Positions 1 to 9,416 of a stretch of DNA of 56,095 nucleotides are shown here, piece by piece; within the stretch, counting starts at the first letter, position 1; the number at the start of each line of letters is the position of its first letter. Made by a program: the position numbers and the translations under genes. The stretch spans positions 1 through 56,095 of the forward strand of contig CAMDAY010000001.1 in assembly GCA_945888895.1 (NCBI GenBank), written 5' to 3'. Origin of the DNA: Dehalococcoides mccartyi (GTDB taxonomy: Bacteria; Chloroflexota; Dehalococcoidia; UBA2979). A model generated the notes under the pieces. The model ran no database searches. It had not been told where the DNA came from and saw only the letters and a program-made list of their open reading frames with translations.

Positions 1-593
1 TGCAGTTCGTGCTGTCGCACCCGGAGCGCGTGCTGGCCCTCGTTCTCGCGTGCACCGGGTCGGCGATCATGAGCACGCATCCGTACGAGGACATGAGCCA
101 GGTCCCGCCCGCGATCGAGGCGCGCATCGAAGAGGTGAACCGGCGGATGAAGCTGGTCACCGATGCCCGCGCCGAGGGCGAGACGGCGCTGTTCGAGCGG
201 CTGCGTGAGCGGCTGCGCAATCCTCGATCGCGCGCGGAACCGGGATCGGCCGCGGCGGCGCGCGAGGAGGCGTTCAAGGCGAAGCTGCAGGACGTCTCGG
301 ACGACGACCTGAAGACCTACTTCACCGGCGAGTTGCGCCACATGGCGGCGAACGAGGAAGTGAACCTCTCGTCGAGGATGCACGAGATCACGGTACCGAC
401 GCTGATCGTGCACGGCACTGCCGACAAGATGGTGCCGCTGCAGTACGGCCAGGACCTGGCGCGCGCCATCCCCACCGCGCGCATCGTGGAGATCGAGGGT
501 GTCGGCCACAACGTGGTCGACGATCCTCGTGCGAAGCAGGTGATCCAGGACTGGCTCGCCGAGGTCACCGCGTCGGTCACGCCCTCGACGTAA
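1..593 (+). CDS. alpha/beta-fold hydrolase, C-terminal part (5' end outside window)
   Basis: The frame is open from base 3. The ORF-track protein 9..593 carries the typical C-terminal a/b-hydrolase region '..TLIVHGTADKMVPLQYGQ..VEIEGVGHNV..'. Third codon positions are GC-rich, as in neighbouring genes. Confidence 0.7.
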   Translation, partial: QFVLSHPERVLALVLACTGSAIMSTHPYEDMSQVPPAIEARIEEVNRRMKLVTDARAEGETALFERLRERLRNPRSRAEPGSAAAAREEAFKAKLQDVSDDDLKTYFTGELRHMAANEEVNLSSRMHEITVPTLIVHGTADKMVPLQYGQDLARAIPTARIVEIEGVGHNVVDDPRAKQVIQDWLAEVTASVTPST

Positions 594-675
594 CGTCCGG
601 TCGGCATCACCACGCTGCTCGTGCGTCCCGGAGTCCTCGACTACCGTTGGTCGCGCTGAGCCGAAGGAGGCCGCC

Positions 676-1389
676 GTGGAAGACGTGATCTACCAGAAGC
701 AGGGGCACATCGCGACGGTCACGCTGAACCGTCCGGAGCGGCTGAACGCCTACCGCGGCCAGATGTTCCGCGACCTCGCCGAGGTGTGGGCGGACGTCAT
801 CGCCGACGACGAGATTCGCGTCGCAATCCTGACGGGCGCCGGCCGCGCGTTCTGCGCCGGCTTCGACTTGAAGTCCACGCCCGAGGAGAGCATCTCCGGC
901 ATCCGCCGTTTCGACGGCTACGAAGACCCGATCGAGGTGTTCAAGCCGATCATCGCGGCGGTCAACGGCTACGCCTACGGCGGCGGCCTGAGCATGGCGC
1001 TCGCATGTGACATCCGGTTGGCCTCGGAGACCGCGACGTTCGCGGAGTCGCAAGTGAAGCGCGGCATCATCGGCCCGCACAGCACGCGCCACCTCGTGGA
1101 CGTGCTACCTCGAGGCATCGCGATGGAGATGATGCTGACGGGCGACCCGATCGACGCGCAGGAGGCGCTGCGCGTGGGCCTGGTGAACCGCGTGCTCCCG
1201 CCCGCGGAGCTGATGCCGGAGGCTATCCGGATGGCGGAGCGCATCGCGGTGAACGCGCCGCTCGCGGTGTACGCCTCGAAGGAGAACGCGCTCGGGCTGA
1301 AGACGCGCCACGACTTCCGCGGATCGAGCGACGTCGAGGAGGGCCGCCGCGCCTTCGCGGAGAAGCGCGCGGCGAGCTTCGGCCAATAG
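676..1389 (+). CDS. enoyl-CoA hydratase/isomerase (crotonase fold)
   Basis: 237-aa ORF with a GTG start. It shows 'ATVTLNRPERLNAY', 'ILTGAGRAFCAGFDLK' and 'AAVNGYAYGGGLSMALACD', the classic crotonase oxyanion-hole motifs. Confidence 0.9.
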   Translation: MEDVIYQKQGHIATVTLNRPERLNAYRGQMFRDLAEVWADVIADDEIRVAILTGAGRAFCAGFDLKSTPEESISGIRRFDGYEDPIEVFKPIIAAVNGYAYGGGLSMALACDIRLASETATFAESQVKRGIIGPHSTRHLVDVLPRGIAMEMMLTGDPIDAQEALRVGLVNRVLPPAELMPEAIRMAERIAVNAPLAVYASKENALGLKTRHDFRGSSDVEEGRRAFAEKRAASFGQ

Positions 1390-1438
1390 GCGTTGCGCTG
1401 CGACGCCCCTCCCTGTGGGCGCGCGAGGCGTACACGGT

Positions 1439-1482
1439 CCCCCACCCCAACCCTCCCCCGCAAGGGGGGGAGGGTTGGGGTG
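1439..1482. repeat. GC-rich hairpin repeat, family 1 (near-perfect palindrome)
   Basis: Sequence is cccccaCCCCAACCCTCCCCCgcaaGGGGGGGAGGGTTGGGGtg. It lies between the convergent stops at 1389 and 1495, and the same core recurs at 4 other intergenic sites. Confidence 0.85.
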
Positions 1483-1494
1483 CGTAGTTCCCGC

Positions 1495-2100
1495 CTACCG
1501 CCGCACAAAATGCCGCCCGAGGTCGGGCGAGGGGCGGTCGAACGGGACATAGTCCTCGGTCGGGTGGCCGAGGCACACGAGCGCCTGCGGCTCCCACGTG
1601 GCGTCGAGGTCGAGGGCGGTGCGCACGGCCTGCGGGGCGTAGAGCGGCGCGGAGATCCAGTACGCCCCGAGTCCCCTTGATGCGGCCGCGAGCAGGATGT
1701 TCTGGAGCGCCGCGCCGAACGAGTGCTGCGCGAGTCCCCACTCGGCTCGCGCGCGGCGATCATCGGCGTAGTGGTTGAGGCCGTCCGCGACGATGCAGCC
1801 GAGCAGCAGCGTCGGCGCTTCGATCACTCTCCTGTGTGACCGTGCGAGGGCGCGGTCGCGCTGCGCGGGGGGCACGCCGTCGGCATCGAGGTCAGCGCGC
1901 CATGCATCACCCATCGCGGTCGCGAGCGCGTCGCGGCGTGGCGACGAAATCTCGGCGAAGCGCCAGGGCTGCGTGTGGTGCGGGGCGGGCGCAGTGAGCG
2001 CGAGGGTGACAAGCTCCTCGACCTCGGCGGGTGCGAGTGCGGGCCCGGTGAGGCCGCGGATCGAACGCCGTCGACGGATCGCGTCTTCGATCGCGCTCAT
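1495..2100 (-). CDS. nitroreductase-fold protein resembling the C-terminal (dehydro-F420-0 reductase) domain of FbiB
   Basis: 201-aa ORF. 'RRRRSIRGL', 'ALTAPAPHHTQPWRF' and 'AASRGLGAYWIS' match my recollection of the FbiB C-terminal domain (ALTAPAPHHTRPxRF). The ORF contains no CofE-like ligase domain. Confidence 0.65.
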   Translation of the reverse strand: MSAIEDAIRRRRSIRGLTGPALAPAEVEELVTLALTAPAPHHTQPWRFAEISSPRRDALATAMGDAWRADLDADGVPPAQRDRALARSHRRVIEAPTLLLGCIVADGLNHYADDRRARAEWGLAQHSFGAALQNILLAAASRGLGAYWISAPLYAPQAVRTALDLDATWEPQALVCLGHPTEDYVPFDRPSPDLGRHFVRR

Positions 2101-2260
2101 CTGGAAGACCTTTCTCTGCCGCAGGCTCGTGCGGCCTGAGGCTTCCGATCGTACCGGCGCGTTACTGCGCGCGCTGGTCAGTCGTGCTGGTCAGACTGGC
2201 GGCGGGGTGGTTCTATTTCAAGAGGGCGTTCGATGTGTCCTCGGATGATGCGGAGGCAGC

Positions 2261-3580
2261 TTGCCGAAACAGATCGCCGCCCTCGTCGCTGTGCTCGCGA
2301 CGCTGCTGCTCGGCACGTTGATCCTCGCACCGCGCGCGAGCGCCGATGAGCCGCTGTTCCCCGGCGGCAGCACCGGATATGACGTGTCGTTCCCGCAGTG
2401 CAGCCTCCCACTGCCCTCGCAGCCGTACGCGTTCGCGATCGTGGGGGTGACGGGCGGTCGTCCGTTCACCACGAACCCGTGTCTGGCCACGCAGTACCAG
2501 TGGGCGCTGAAGAGCGGCCGTCCGCCCGGACTGTACGTGAACACCAAGTCCCCGGTCGGCATGAACGCCGAGGAGGCGCTCACCGGCCCGGCCGGCAATT
2601 GCCTGCCCACCGACGAGGCGTGCAAGGCCGATAACTTCGGCTACAAGCTCGCGTTGCACGCGGTCGCCCACGCAAAGGCGCAGAACGTCACCGCTGGCTC
2701 GTGGTGGCTCGACATCGAGACGATGAACACCTGGTCGGCTGACACGGCCATGAACGCGCGAGTGATCGCGAGCGCGATTCGCTTTCTCCAGAACGAGGGC
2801 AAGCTGGTCGGGATCTACTCCAGCCCGCAGCAGTGGATCGAGATCGCCGGCAGCTATCAGCCCGGCTTGCCCGTGTGGGTAGCGATGGCACCGAACGCCG
2901 CGGCTGCGCCCGGCTACTGCACGCGCGAGTTCGCGGGCGGCGAAGTGCACCTCGTCCAGTACATCGTAAACAACTTCGACGTGAACTACGCGTGCCGCCT
3001 CGTGGATCGCGTCCCGCAGCCCATCGGCCCGGCGGGGTCGACGGTGCTCGTCATGCCCGACGGCGGCTGCCTCAACATGCGCGCAACGCCGGGACTGAGT
3101 GGCAGGATCAGCGCGTGTCTCGCCACGGGGACCCGCCTGACGCTGCTGCCGGACGCGCTGGTGAATGCCGACGGGTTCCACTGGCACCGCGTCACGACGG
3201 GGACAACCAGCGGCTGGGTGGTGAGCGTGTACATCCAGCCGGTGACCTCCACGACTCCGACTCCGGCGCCGACACCGACGCCGATCGCGACCCCGCTACC
3301 CACCCCAACGCCCGTCCCGACGCCGAGCGGCACGTTTGCCGCGCCGCCGCGCTTCGGCGCCGCAGGGCAGTCGCTCGTTGTGTTCGTCGGCGGGACCGTC
3401 GACCAGCTCGAGGCGGCGACCAGCGCTGCAGGCGCCAGCGGAGCGTGGATCCAGGAGTCGAGCGGGGCGTACCACCTGCTGATTCCTGGCGGGCCGGCGT
3501 TTTTGAAAGTGCCGATCGTGGCGCGGTTCCCGAGCGGGTTCGCGGCGGCGACGGCGGTGATGCTGACGAAGCAGGGGTAG
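2261..3580 (+). CDS. secreted multidomain protein: lysozyme-fold (GH25/DUF1906-like) region, SH3b-like domain, Pro/Thr linker, C-terminal domain
   Basis: TTG start with a signal peptide '..LLLGTLILAPRASA|DE'. 'GYDVSFPQC..LYVNT..WWLDIE' resembles GH25-like domains. 'CLNMRATPGLSG..GFHWHRVTT..GWV' is SH3b-like. The linker is 'TPTPAPTPTPIATPLPTPTPVPTP'. Confidence 0.5.
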   Translation: MPKQIAALVAVLATLLLGTLILAPRASADEPLFPGGSTGYDVSFPQCSLPLPSQPYAFAIVGVTGGRPFTTNPCLATQYQWALKSGRPPGLYVNTKSPVGMNAEEALTGPAGNCLPTDEACKADNFGYKLALHAVAHAKAQNVTAGSWWLDIETMNTWSADTAMNARVIASAIRFLQNEGKLVGIYSSPQQWIEIAGSYQPGLPVWVAMAPNAAAAPGYCTREFAGGEVHLVQYIVNNFDVNYACRLVDRVPQPIGPAGSTVLVMPDGGCLNMRATPGLSGRISACLATGTRLTLLPDALVNADGFHWHRVTTGTTSGWVVSVYIQPVTSTTPTPAPTPTPIATPLPTPTPVPTPSGTFAAPPRFGAAGQSLVVFVGGTVDQLEAATSAAGASGAWIQESSGAYHLLIPGGPAFLKVPIVARFPSGFAAATAVMLTKQG

Positions 3581-3678
3581 GCCTCGAGCGGCCGCACGCC
3601 GTCGGGGCTGAGGGGGAGCCCCCACCTCAACGATCCGCCGAGAGGGGAGGCGGGACGGAGGGGCGCCGGTCGGCCGGG

Positions 3679-4509
3679 CTAGGTGCCCGCGACGAGCGAC
3701 GACTCGCCGGGGCGGAGGACGTCGATGCGGACCTCGGGGGCGGCTTCGGCGGACTCGGTGGCGAAGGTCGTGCCGGGCTGGTGGAAGCGCTCGGGGCGCA
3801 GCCGGGCGAGGCCGCGCGGCCAGTAGGTGCCCCAGTGGATGGGGATGGCCTGCGCGGGGCGGAGCAGCCGAAGGGCGCTCGCGGCGCGGCGCGGATCCAT
3901 GTGGCCGCTGCGGAGCGTTGGGCCCCAGCCGCCCACCGGGAGCAGCGCCATCGCGAGTGGCGTGTCCAGGGCGCGCGGGATGGCGCGCATCTCCTCGAAG
4001 ATCTCCGTGTCACCCGCGAAGTAGACCGCGACCGTGCCCTGTACGAGGTAGCCGAGCGCGTGGGCGCGCGGGCCGAAGGGGAGCCGTGCGCCGCCGTGCG
4101 CCGCGTGCGTCGCGGTGACCCGGACGCGGCCGATGTCGAGCGACTGGCCGACCGTCATCTCCTCGACGTGGCGAAAGCCTCGACGTGCCATCCACTGGCC
4201 GAGGCCCTGCGGGACCAGGATCAGCGTGTCGCGCGGCAGGAGCCGCAGCGACGGCAGATCCAGGTGGTCGTGGTGTGCGTGGGAGATGAGCACGGCGTCG
4301 ATGCGCTGCCGGGGGTCGAGGGTCGCTACCTCAAGGGAACGGCGGTGGACGAGGGGGGTGACGTCGGGGAGCAGCACCGGATCGGTGAGCAGCCGCACGG
4401 CATCGACCTCGATCACGGTGGTGGCGTGACCGACCCAGCGCACGGAGGGCCGGTCAGGCGCAGCGGGCTCCTCGGGCGGTGACGGGGTAGCGGGATCGTG
4501 GGGGGGCAC
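3679..4509 (-). CDS. MBL-fold metallo-hydrolase
   Basis: 276-aa ORF with the HxHxDH motif 'LISHAHHDHLD' and later 'THAAHGG' and 'FAGDT' segments typical of the beta-lactamase-like fold. Confidence 0.8.
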   Translation of the reverse strand: MPPHDPATPSPPEEPAAPDRPSVRWVGHATTVIEVDAVRLLTDPVLLPDVTPLVHRRSLEVATLDPRQRIDAVLISHAHHDHLDLPSLRLLPRDTLILVPQGLGQWMARRGFRHVEEMTVGQSLDIGRVRVTATHAAHGGARLPFGPRAHALGYLVQGTVAVYFAGDTEIFEEMRAIPRALDTPLAMALLPVGGWGPTLRSGHMDPRRAASALRLLRPAQAIPIHWGTYWPRGLARLRPERFHQPGTTFATESAEAAPEVRIDVLRPGESSLVAGT

Positions 4510-4531
4510 GTCTCAAGTGTAGGCGTTCGAT

Positions 4532-6095
4532 ATGGCCTCGACACTGGCCGCGCACGGCGGTGCGCCCTTGCGACTCTATACTTGGCACCAACCGCTTCAC
4601 CGCACGAACGAGGCCCGGGTGTTCGACCAACCCCCCCCGCGATCCCGCGTCCGAATCGACCCGTATCAGCGACCACGCGCTCGGGCGCACCAGCGCGCCG
4701 AGCTGCGCGAGGGCAACAGCCTCGTCTTGCTACGAAACGGCTACGCGACGTTCGCTGACTGGCTGCGGGCGATCCGCGGGGCGGAACGCTGGATCCACCT
4801 CGAGAACTACATCTTCTTCGACGGCGAGATCGGGCGGGCGTTCGCGGACGCCCTGGCAGAGCGTGTCGAGGCGGGCGTGACGGTGCGCGTGCTGTAACGA
4901 CTGGTACGGGTCGTGGGACGCCAACACGACTCTCTGGCGCGACCTGCGGGCCAAGGGCGTCGATGTCCGAACGATCAATCCGCCGCAGCTCAGCGAGCCG
5001 TTGGGCGTGCTGAGGCGCGACCACCGCAAGCTGCTCGCCGTGGACGGCGTGTATGGCTCGGTGGGCGGCGTGGGCATCGCCGACCCGTGGCTGCACGAGG
5101 ACCCGGAGTCCGGGCTGCCCTACCGGGACACGGGTGTGGCCGTCACCGGCCCGGCGGTCGCCGACATCGAGGCTGCGTTTGCGGGGGTGTGGGATCTCAA
5201 CGGGACGCCGCTCCCGGACGCAGAGCGCCCGAAGGCGGAGGAGATCGCGGCGACCGGCCAGACGCGGGCGCGTGTGCTGATCCAGGAGCCCGGCAAGATG
5301 CGCGTGTCGCGGCTGCTCCAGGTGCTCACGGCGAGTGTGGAGGACCGCATCTGGATCGCGGACGCCTACTTCCTGGCGGACCGCATCCTACGCGAGGCAC
5401 TGATCGCGGCGGCCCTCGATGGCATCGACGTGCGGCTGCTGCTGCCCTCCACGAACGACCTGAGGCTATTCGGCGCAATCTCGCGCGCCAGCGTGCGCCC
5501 GCTCCTGGAGGCCGGTGCGCGCATCTGGGAGTACAGCGGGCCGATGATGCACGCGAAGACGATCATCGCCGACGGGTGGTGCGCGCGCGTCGGGTCGACC
5601 AACCTCAACCTCACTGGGCTGATGACCAACTGGGAGATCGACGTCATCGTGCAGGACGTCGAGTTCGGCCTCCTAATGGAGGAGATGTTCCTCGACGACC
5701 TGAATCATGCCGAGGAGCTGACGCTGGACGGGCGGAAGGTCCGAGGCGGATCGGGCCGCCGTCGGATGCGCGGACTGGCCACCGGTGCCGGACCGCAGGG
5801 CACGACGAGCGTCGCGAGCCTCGGCACGGCGCTGGCGCAGGGGGCACTCTCGGACGCGCTCTCGCGGAGCGAGCGCAAGTTCGACGCCGGGGCTGGTGCG
5901 GCCGCGCTGGTGGGGGCGCTGGTCATCGCCAAGTTCCCGCGGCTCTTCGCGCTGCCCGTCGCGGCGGTCCTCGGGATGTTCGCGGCAACCGGCCTCGCAC
6001 GGGCTCTGCGCATCGGGCGGCACCCGCGCGGCACGGGCGGTCCGGCGAGGAATCACGAGGTTAATGCGCAACGAGCCGACGCCCGCGAGCATTGA
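4532..6095 (+). pseudogene. phospholipase D / cardiolipin-synthase-like gene interrupted by a +1 frameshift at 4895-4897
   Basis: Frame 2 (4532..4897) encodes 'LLRNGYATFADWLRAIRGAERWIHLENYIFFDGEIGRAFADALAERVEAGVTVRVL' and then TAA. Frame 3 continues from 4896 with 'NDWYGSWDANT..RRDHRKLLAVDG' (first HKD motif) and 'MMHAKTIIADGWCARVGSTNLN' (second HKD motif). Deleting one A of 'gtaacg' restores 'VRVLYDWYGS'. Confidence 0.8.
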
Positions 6096-6158
6096 TCCCG
6101 GCACCATCGGTACTATTGAGCGGTAGTACGGCGCGCAGAGGCGCGCGAGGGGGACGCG

Positions 6159-7796
6159 ATGACGAGCCTGGCCACCAACGCACGCGCTACAGACGGCACC
6201 GCTGAGCTGGACGCCGTGATCATCGGCGCCGGGTTCTCGGGGATGTACCAGCTGCATACGCTGCGCGACCGCCTCGGCCTGTCGGTACAGGTGCTCGAGG
6301 CTGGCGAGGGTGTCGGCGGCACGTGGTACTGGAACCGCTACCCCGGCGCGCGCTGTGACTCGGAGAGCCACTCGTACTGCTTCTCGTTCTCGCAGGAGCT
6401 GCTCAACGACTGGGAATGGTCGGAGCGCTACCCGGCACAGCCGGAGATCATCCGCTACCTCAACTTCGTCGCGGACCGCCTCGACCTGCGCCGGGACGTC
6501 AAGTTCGGGACGCGCGTCGTCGCCGCCGACTACGACGAGTCGCGCAACCGCTGGGACGTCACCACCGAGGCGGGTGAACGCTTCAGCGCGAAGTACCTGA
6601 TCACCGCGGTCGGCTGCCTCTCCACGACCAACGTGCCGAAGTTCGAGGGCCTGGAGTCGTTCGCGGGCGAGTGGTACCACACCGGAGCGTGGCCGCACGA
6701 GGGCGTCGACTTCACCGGCAAGCGCGTGATCCAGATCGGTACCGGATCGACCGGCATCCAGGCCGTGCCCGTGATCGCTGAGACCGCCGCGCATCTAACC
6801 GTGATGCAGCGCACGCCGCAGTTCAGCGTGCCGGCGCGCAACACACCGTTGACGGACGAGTTCCGCCGGTGGGTGAAGGAGCACTACCCCGAGATCCACG
6901 AGGTCATGCGCGGCACGACGAATGGCCACTCCTTCCGGATCATGGAGCGCAACGCCTTCGACGTGGATGACGACGAGCGCATGGCGATCTACGAGGCTGC
7001 CTGGGAGAAGGGCGGCCTCCAGTTCCGCGCTAACTTCAAGGACATGCTGACGAGCAAGGCGGCGAACGACACCGCCGCCGAGTTCATCAAGCACAAGATC
7101 CGCCAGATCGTGAAGGACCCGGCGACTGCCGAGAAGCTCGCGAACATCGACCACCCGTATGCGGCGAAGCGGCCGCCGATCGACACGAACTACTTCGACA
7201 CGTACAACCGCGACAACGTCAGCCTGGTCGACGTGCGCGCCGACCCGATCGCGGCGATCACCCCCACAGGCATTCGACTGCAGAGCGGCGCCGAGCACGC
7301 TGCGGACATCATCGTCTTCGCGACGGGGTTCGACGCCATGACCGGGTCGCTGCTGCGCCTCGGCATCACGGGCCGCGATGGGCTCACGCTGGCGAAGGCG
7401 TGGGAGGCAGGGCCGCGGAACTACCTGGGCCTGCAAGTGGCGGGATTCCCGAACCTGTTCACGATCACCGGGCCGGGCAGCCCCTCCGTGCTGTGCAACA
7501 TGCCGGTGGCCATCGAGCAGCATGTCGAGTGGATCACGGACTGCATCGCGCACCTGCGCGGCCACGAGATCGAGCGCATCGAGGCGCGCGACGAGGCCAG
7601 CGACGAGTGGGTGCAGCAGGTGAACGAGGCGGCTCGGGCGACGCTGCTGCCGGAGGCGCACAGCTCGTGGTACCTCGGCGCGAACGTGCCCGGTAAGCCG
7701 CGCGTGTTCATGCCGTACGCCGGCGGGATGGCGCGCTACCGCGCCATCTGCGACGAGGTCGCCGCGCGTGACTACGAGGGCTTCGAACTGAACTGA
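6159..7796 (+). CDS. type I Baeyer-Villiger monooxygenase (FAD/NADPH dependent)
   Basis: 545-aa ORF. It has the FAD motif 'IIGAGFSG', the BVMO fingerprint 'FAGEWYHTGAWP' (FxGxxxHxxxWP) and the second Rossmann motif 'QIGTGSTG'. Confidence 0.9.
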   Translation: MTSLATNARATDGTAELDAVIIGAGFSGMYQLHTLRDRLGLSVQVLEAGEGVGGTWYWNRYPGARCDSESHSYCFSFSQELLNDWEWSERYPAQPEIIRYLNFVADRLDLRRDVKFGTRVVAADYDESRNRWDVTTEAGERFSAKYLITAVGCLSTTNVPKFEGLESFAGEWYHTGAWPHEGVDFTGKRVIQIGTGSTGIQAVPVIAETAAHLTVMQRTPQFSVPARNTPLTDEFRRWVKEHYPEIHEVMRGTTNGHSFRIMERNAFDVDDDERMAIYEAAWEKGGLQFRANFKDMLTSKAANDTAAEFIKHKIRQIVKDPATAEKLANIDHPYAAKRPPIDTNYFDTYNRDNVSLVDVRADPIAAITPTGIRLQSGAEHAADIIVFATGFDAMTGSLLRLGITGRDGLTLAKAWEAGPRNYLGLQVAGFPNLFTITGPGSPSVLCNMPVAIEQHVEWITDCIAHLRGHEIERIEARDEASDEWVQQVNEAARATLLPEAHSSWYLGANVPGKPRVFMPYAGGMARYRAICDEVAARDYEGFELN

Positions 7797-8123
7797 GCAG
7801 TCGGTTCCGACAACCGGGAGTCGACGAGTCCTCCTGAAACGTCGTGACGTCCGGCGTGGTGATGACGACCGAGATACGGGCGGGAGGGACTGTCGCGTCG
7901 GTGTAACGGCACGCAGTCCCATCGGCCGGTGCTGGACTCCATGACCGAGCTGAAGCTGATCGCGAACGACGGCGCGATGTTCGATACCGGGCGACCCGAG
8001 GTTACCGGTGGGATCGTCCAGGCTCTCCAGAGCCGTCCAGCAGGCGCCTAGCCCGCAACCGGTACAGCCCCCCTCGATCACGACACGGCTGGCTCGTCGA
8101 GTCGCAGTCACCCGCTGGTCCGG

Positions 8124-8567
8124 TCAGGACGGCGCTTTGCTCTCATCCATGAGTTCACGCACGCGGCGGAAGCTGTGCGCTGCGATTGCCTGGTAGAGTC
8201 GCGTGCCCATACGCGGGTTGGTGTCCGCGAGCTGGCGCACATCGGCCGATTCGATGCGGACAAGCCGACAGTTTGTGACGGTGACGGCAGTGCCGGGGCT
8301 GCGGTATGGCGGGACGAGGGCTGCAACGCCCCACACGGCCGGTGCATGCACGATCGAGGGATCGTGGCCCGGCATGATGGTCCGCACCGCGATGGATCCC
8401 TCCAGGAGGATCCAGAACGCCTGCGGCTCATTCCCGGCGGCGGCGAGGCTGCGATCGGCCGACATGCCGATCTCCTGCCCCATTGCCCAGATCAAGTTCA
8501 GCTCGCCTTCCCCCATCTCGCGAAAGAGGGGGATGTCCTTCATCAGAGTGATCGCGTCGGTCGCCAT
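8124..8567 (-). CDS. stand-alone cyclic-nucleotide-binding (Crp effector-type) domain protein
   Basis: 147-aa ORF. 'MKDIPLFREMGEGELNLI....FWILLEGSIAV' is typical of the start of cNMP-binding domains. No HTH or other output domain is present. Confidence 0.6.
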   Translation of the reverse strand: MATDAITLMKDIPLFREMGEGELNLIWAMGQEIGMSADRSLAAAGNEPQAFWILLEGSIAVRTIMPGHDPSIVHAPAVWGVAALVPPYRSPGTAVTVTNCRLVRIESADVRQLADTNPRMGTRLYQAIAAHSFRRVRELMDESKAPS

Positions 8568-8729
8568 GCTGACCCTTCTGCGTCGACGACACGCTCACGC
8601 GCGCGAGGATCGGACACCTACACGCTACTCGGATTGTCATGCGTCTGCGAGGTCGAGTCCGTTCGCCGCGTTGCGTGAGGCTCTCGACTCGGGTCGCCTC
8701 GAGCAGTCGGCGACAGCGTGGGACCGACG

Positions 8730-9416
8730 CTACGCGTCAGGCGCCGCGCTGACCGCGGGGTCGCAGTCGCCGAGCTCCCGATCGAGGAGCTGGAGCACCG
8801 ACGCGGTGGCGGGGCCGACTTCCTCCCAGACTGCGCGGAGGTCGTCCAGCGTATCGACGTCGACGCGGAGCGAGTCCAGCAGGAGCTCCGTCAGCGGTGC
8901 GGCGGCGGCAGCGGCCGCTTCGCGGTGGCGCAGCGCGGAGTGGAGTCCGAACGCGGTGGTGATGACGTCGATCGGCCGGAGGCCGAGGGCGGTGGTGCCG
9001 CCGTCCTCGGAGGCGACGATCGTGACGCCGGGCGTCACGAGGGCCTCGAGGAGCGCGGCGATGTCGCTGGACTGGAGCTGAGGGAGGTCGCCGGGCAGCA
9101 CGAGCGCGGCGTCCACCCGACCGGCGAGGCTGGTCAGCGCCAGGATGACGGCAGTGTTGTATCCCTCGCCGATGTCGTGGAGTACCTCGGCACTGTGGCG
9201 GTGCGCACTGGGGTCGTATGCGGGATCGGCGCTGACCACGATCAGCGGACCGGTGTGTACCAGCCGGATCGCGGCAAGCACGTCGTCCAGCATCGCGAGC
9301 ACCAGCGACCGGCGCACGGCGGCATCGAGGTGCGCGCCCAGCCGGCTCTTCGCCCGCCCGGCATCCTGCACCGCGACGATGATCGCCGTCTCGTTCGTGT
9401 CCGGTGCGGCGCTCAT
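8730..9416 (-). CDS. cofC: 2-phospho-L-lactate / phosphoenolpyruvate guanylyltransferase (CofC/FbiD)
   Basis: ATG at 9416 gives 228 aa: 'AIIVAVQDAGRAKSRLG..', 'VVSADP', 'VLPGDLPQL'. Its start overlaps the cofD stop in an ATGA junction at 9413-9416. The longer ORF-track extension is Arg-rich and not coding-like. Confidence 0.85.
   Translation of the reverse strand: MSAAPDTNETAIIVAVQDAGRAKSRLGAHLDAAVRRSLVLAMLDDVLAAIRLVHTGPLIVVSADPAYDPSAHRHSAEVLHDIGEGYNTAVILALTSLAGRVDAALVLPGDLPQLQSSDIAALLEALVTPGVTIVASEDGGTTALGLRPIDVITTAFGLHSALRHREAAAAAAAPLTELLLDSLRVDVDTLDDLRAVWEEVGPATASVLQLLDRELGDCDPAVSAAPDA

Noticed and set aside
3601-3660. A possible degenerate copy of the repeat families ('ctgagggggagcccccacctc..gagaggggaggcgg') after the secreted-protein gene.
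   Set aside because: Only short, imperfect similarity to the 3' end of family 2 is seen in reverse orientation. The GGGGG-ag-CCCCC stem is too short to call a terminator or repeat with confidence.
7797-8123. The 327-bp spacer between the convergent BVMO and cNMP-binding genes. The minus-strand frame reads 'VIEGGCTGCGLGACWTALESLDDPTGNLG..' and a plus-strand 36-codon ORF reads 'MTELKLIANDGAMFDTGRPEVTGGIVQAL..'. I considered a Cys-rich peptide (RiPP-like) or a gene remnant.
   Set aside because: The minus-strand frame has no stop inside the spacer and runs on into the antisense of the BVMO gene. I saw no SD, no recognisable family and no adjacent maturation enzymes. It cannot be supported without homology searches.
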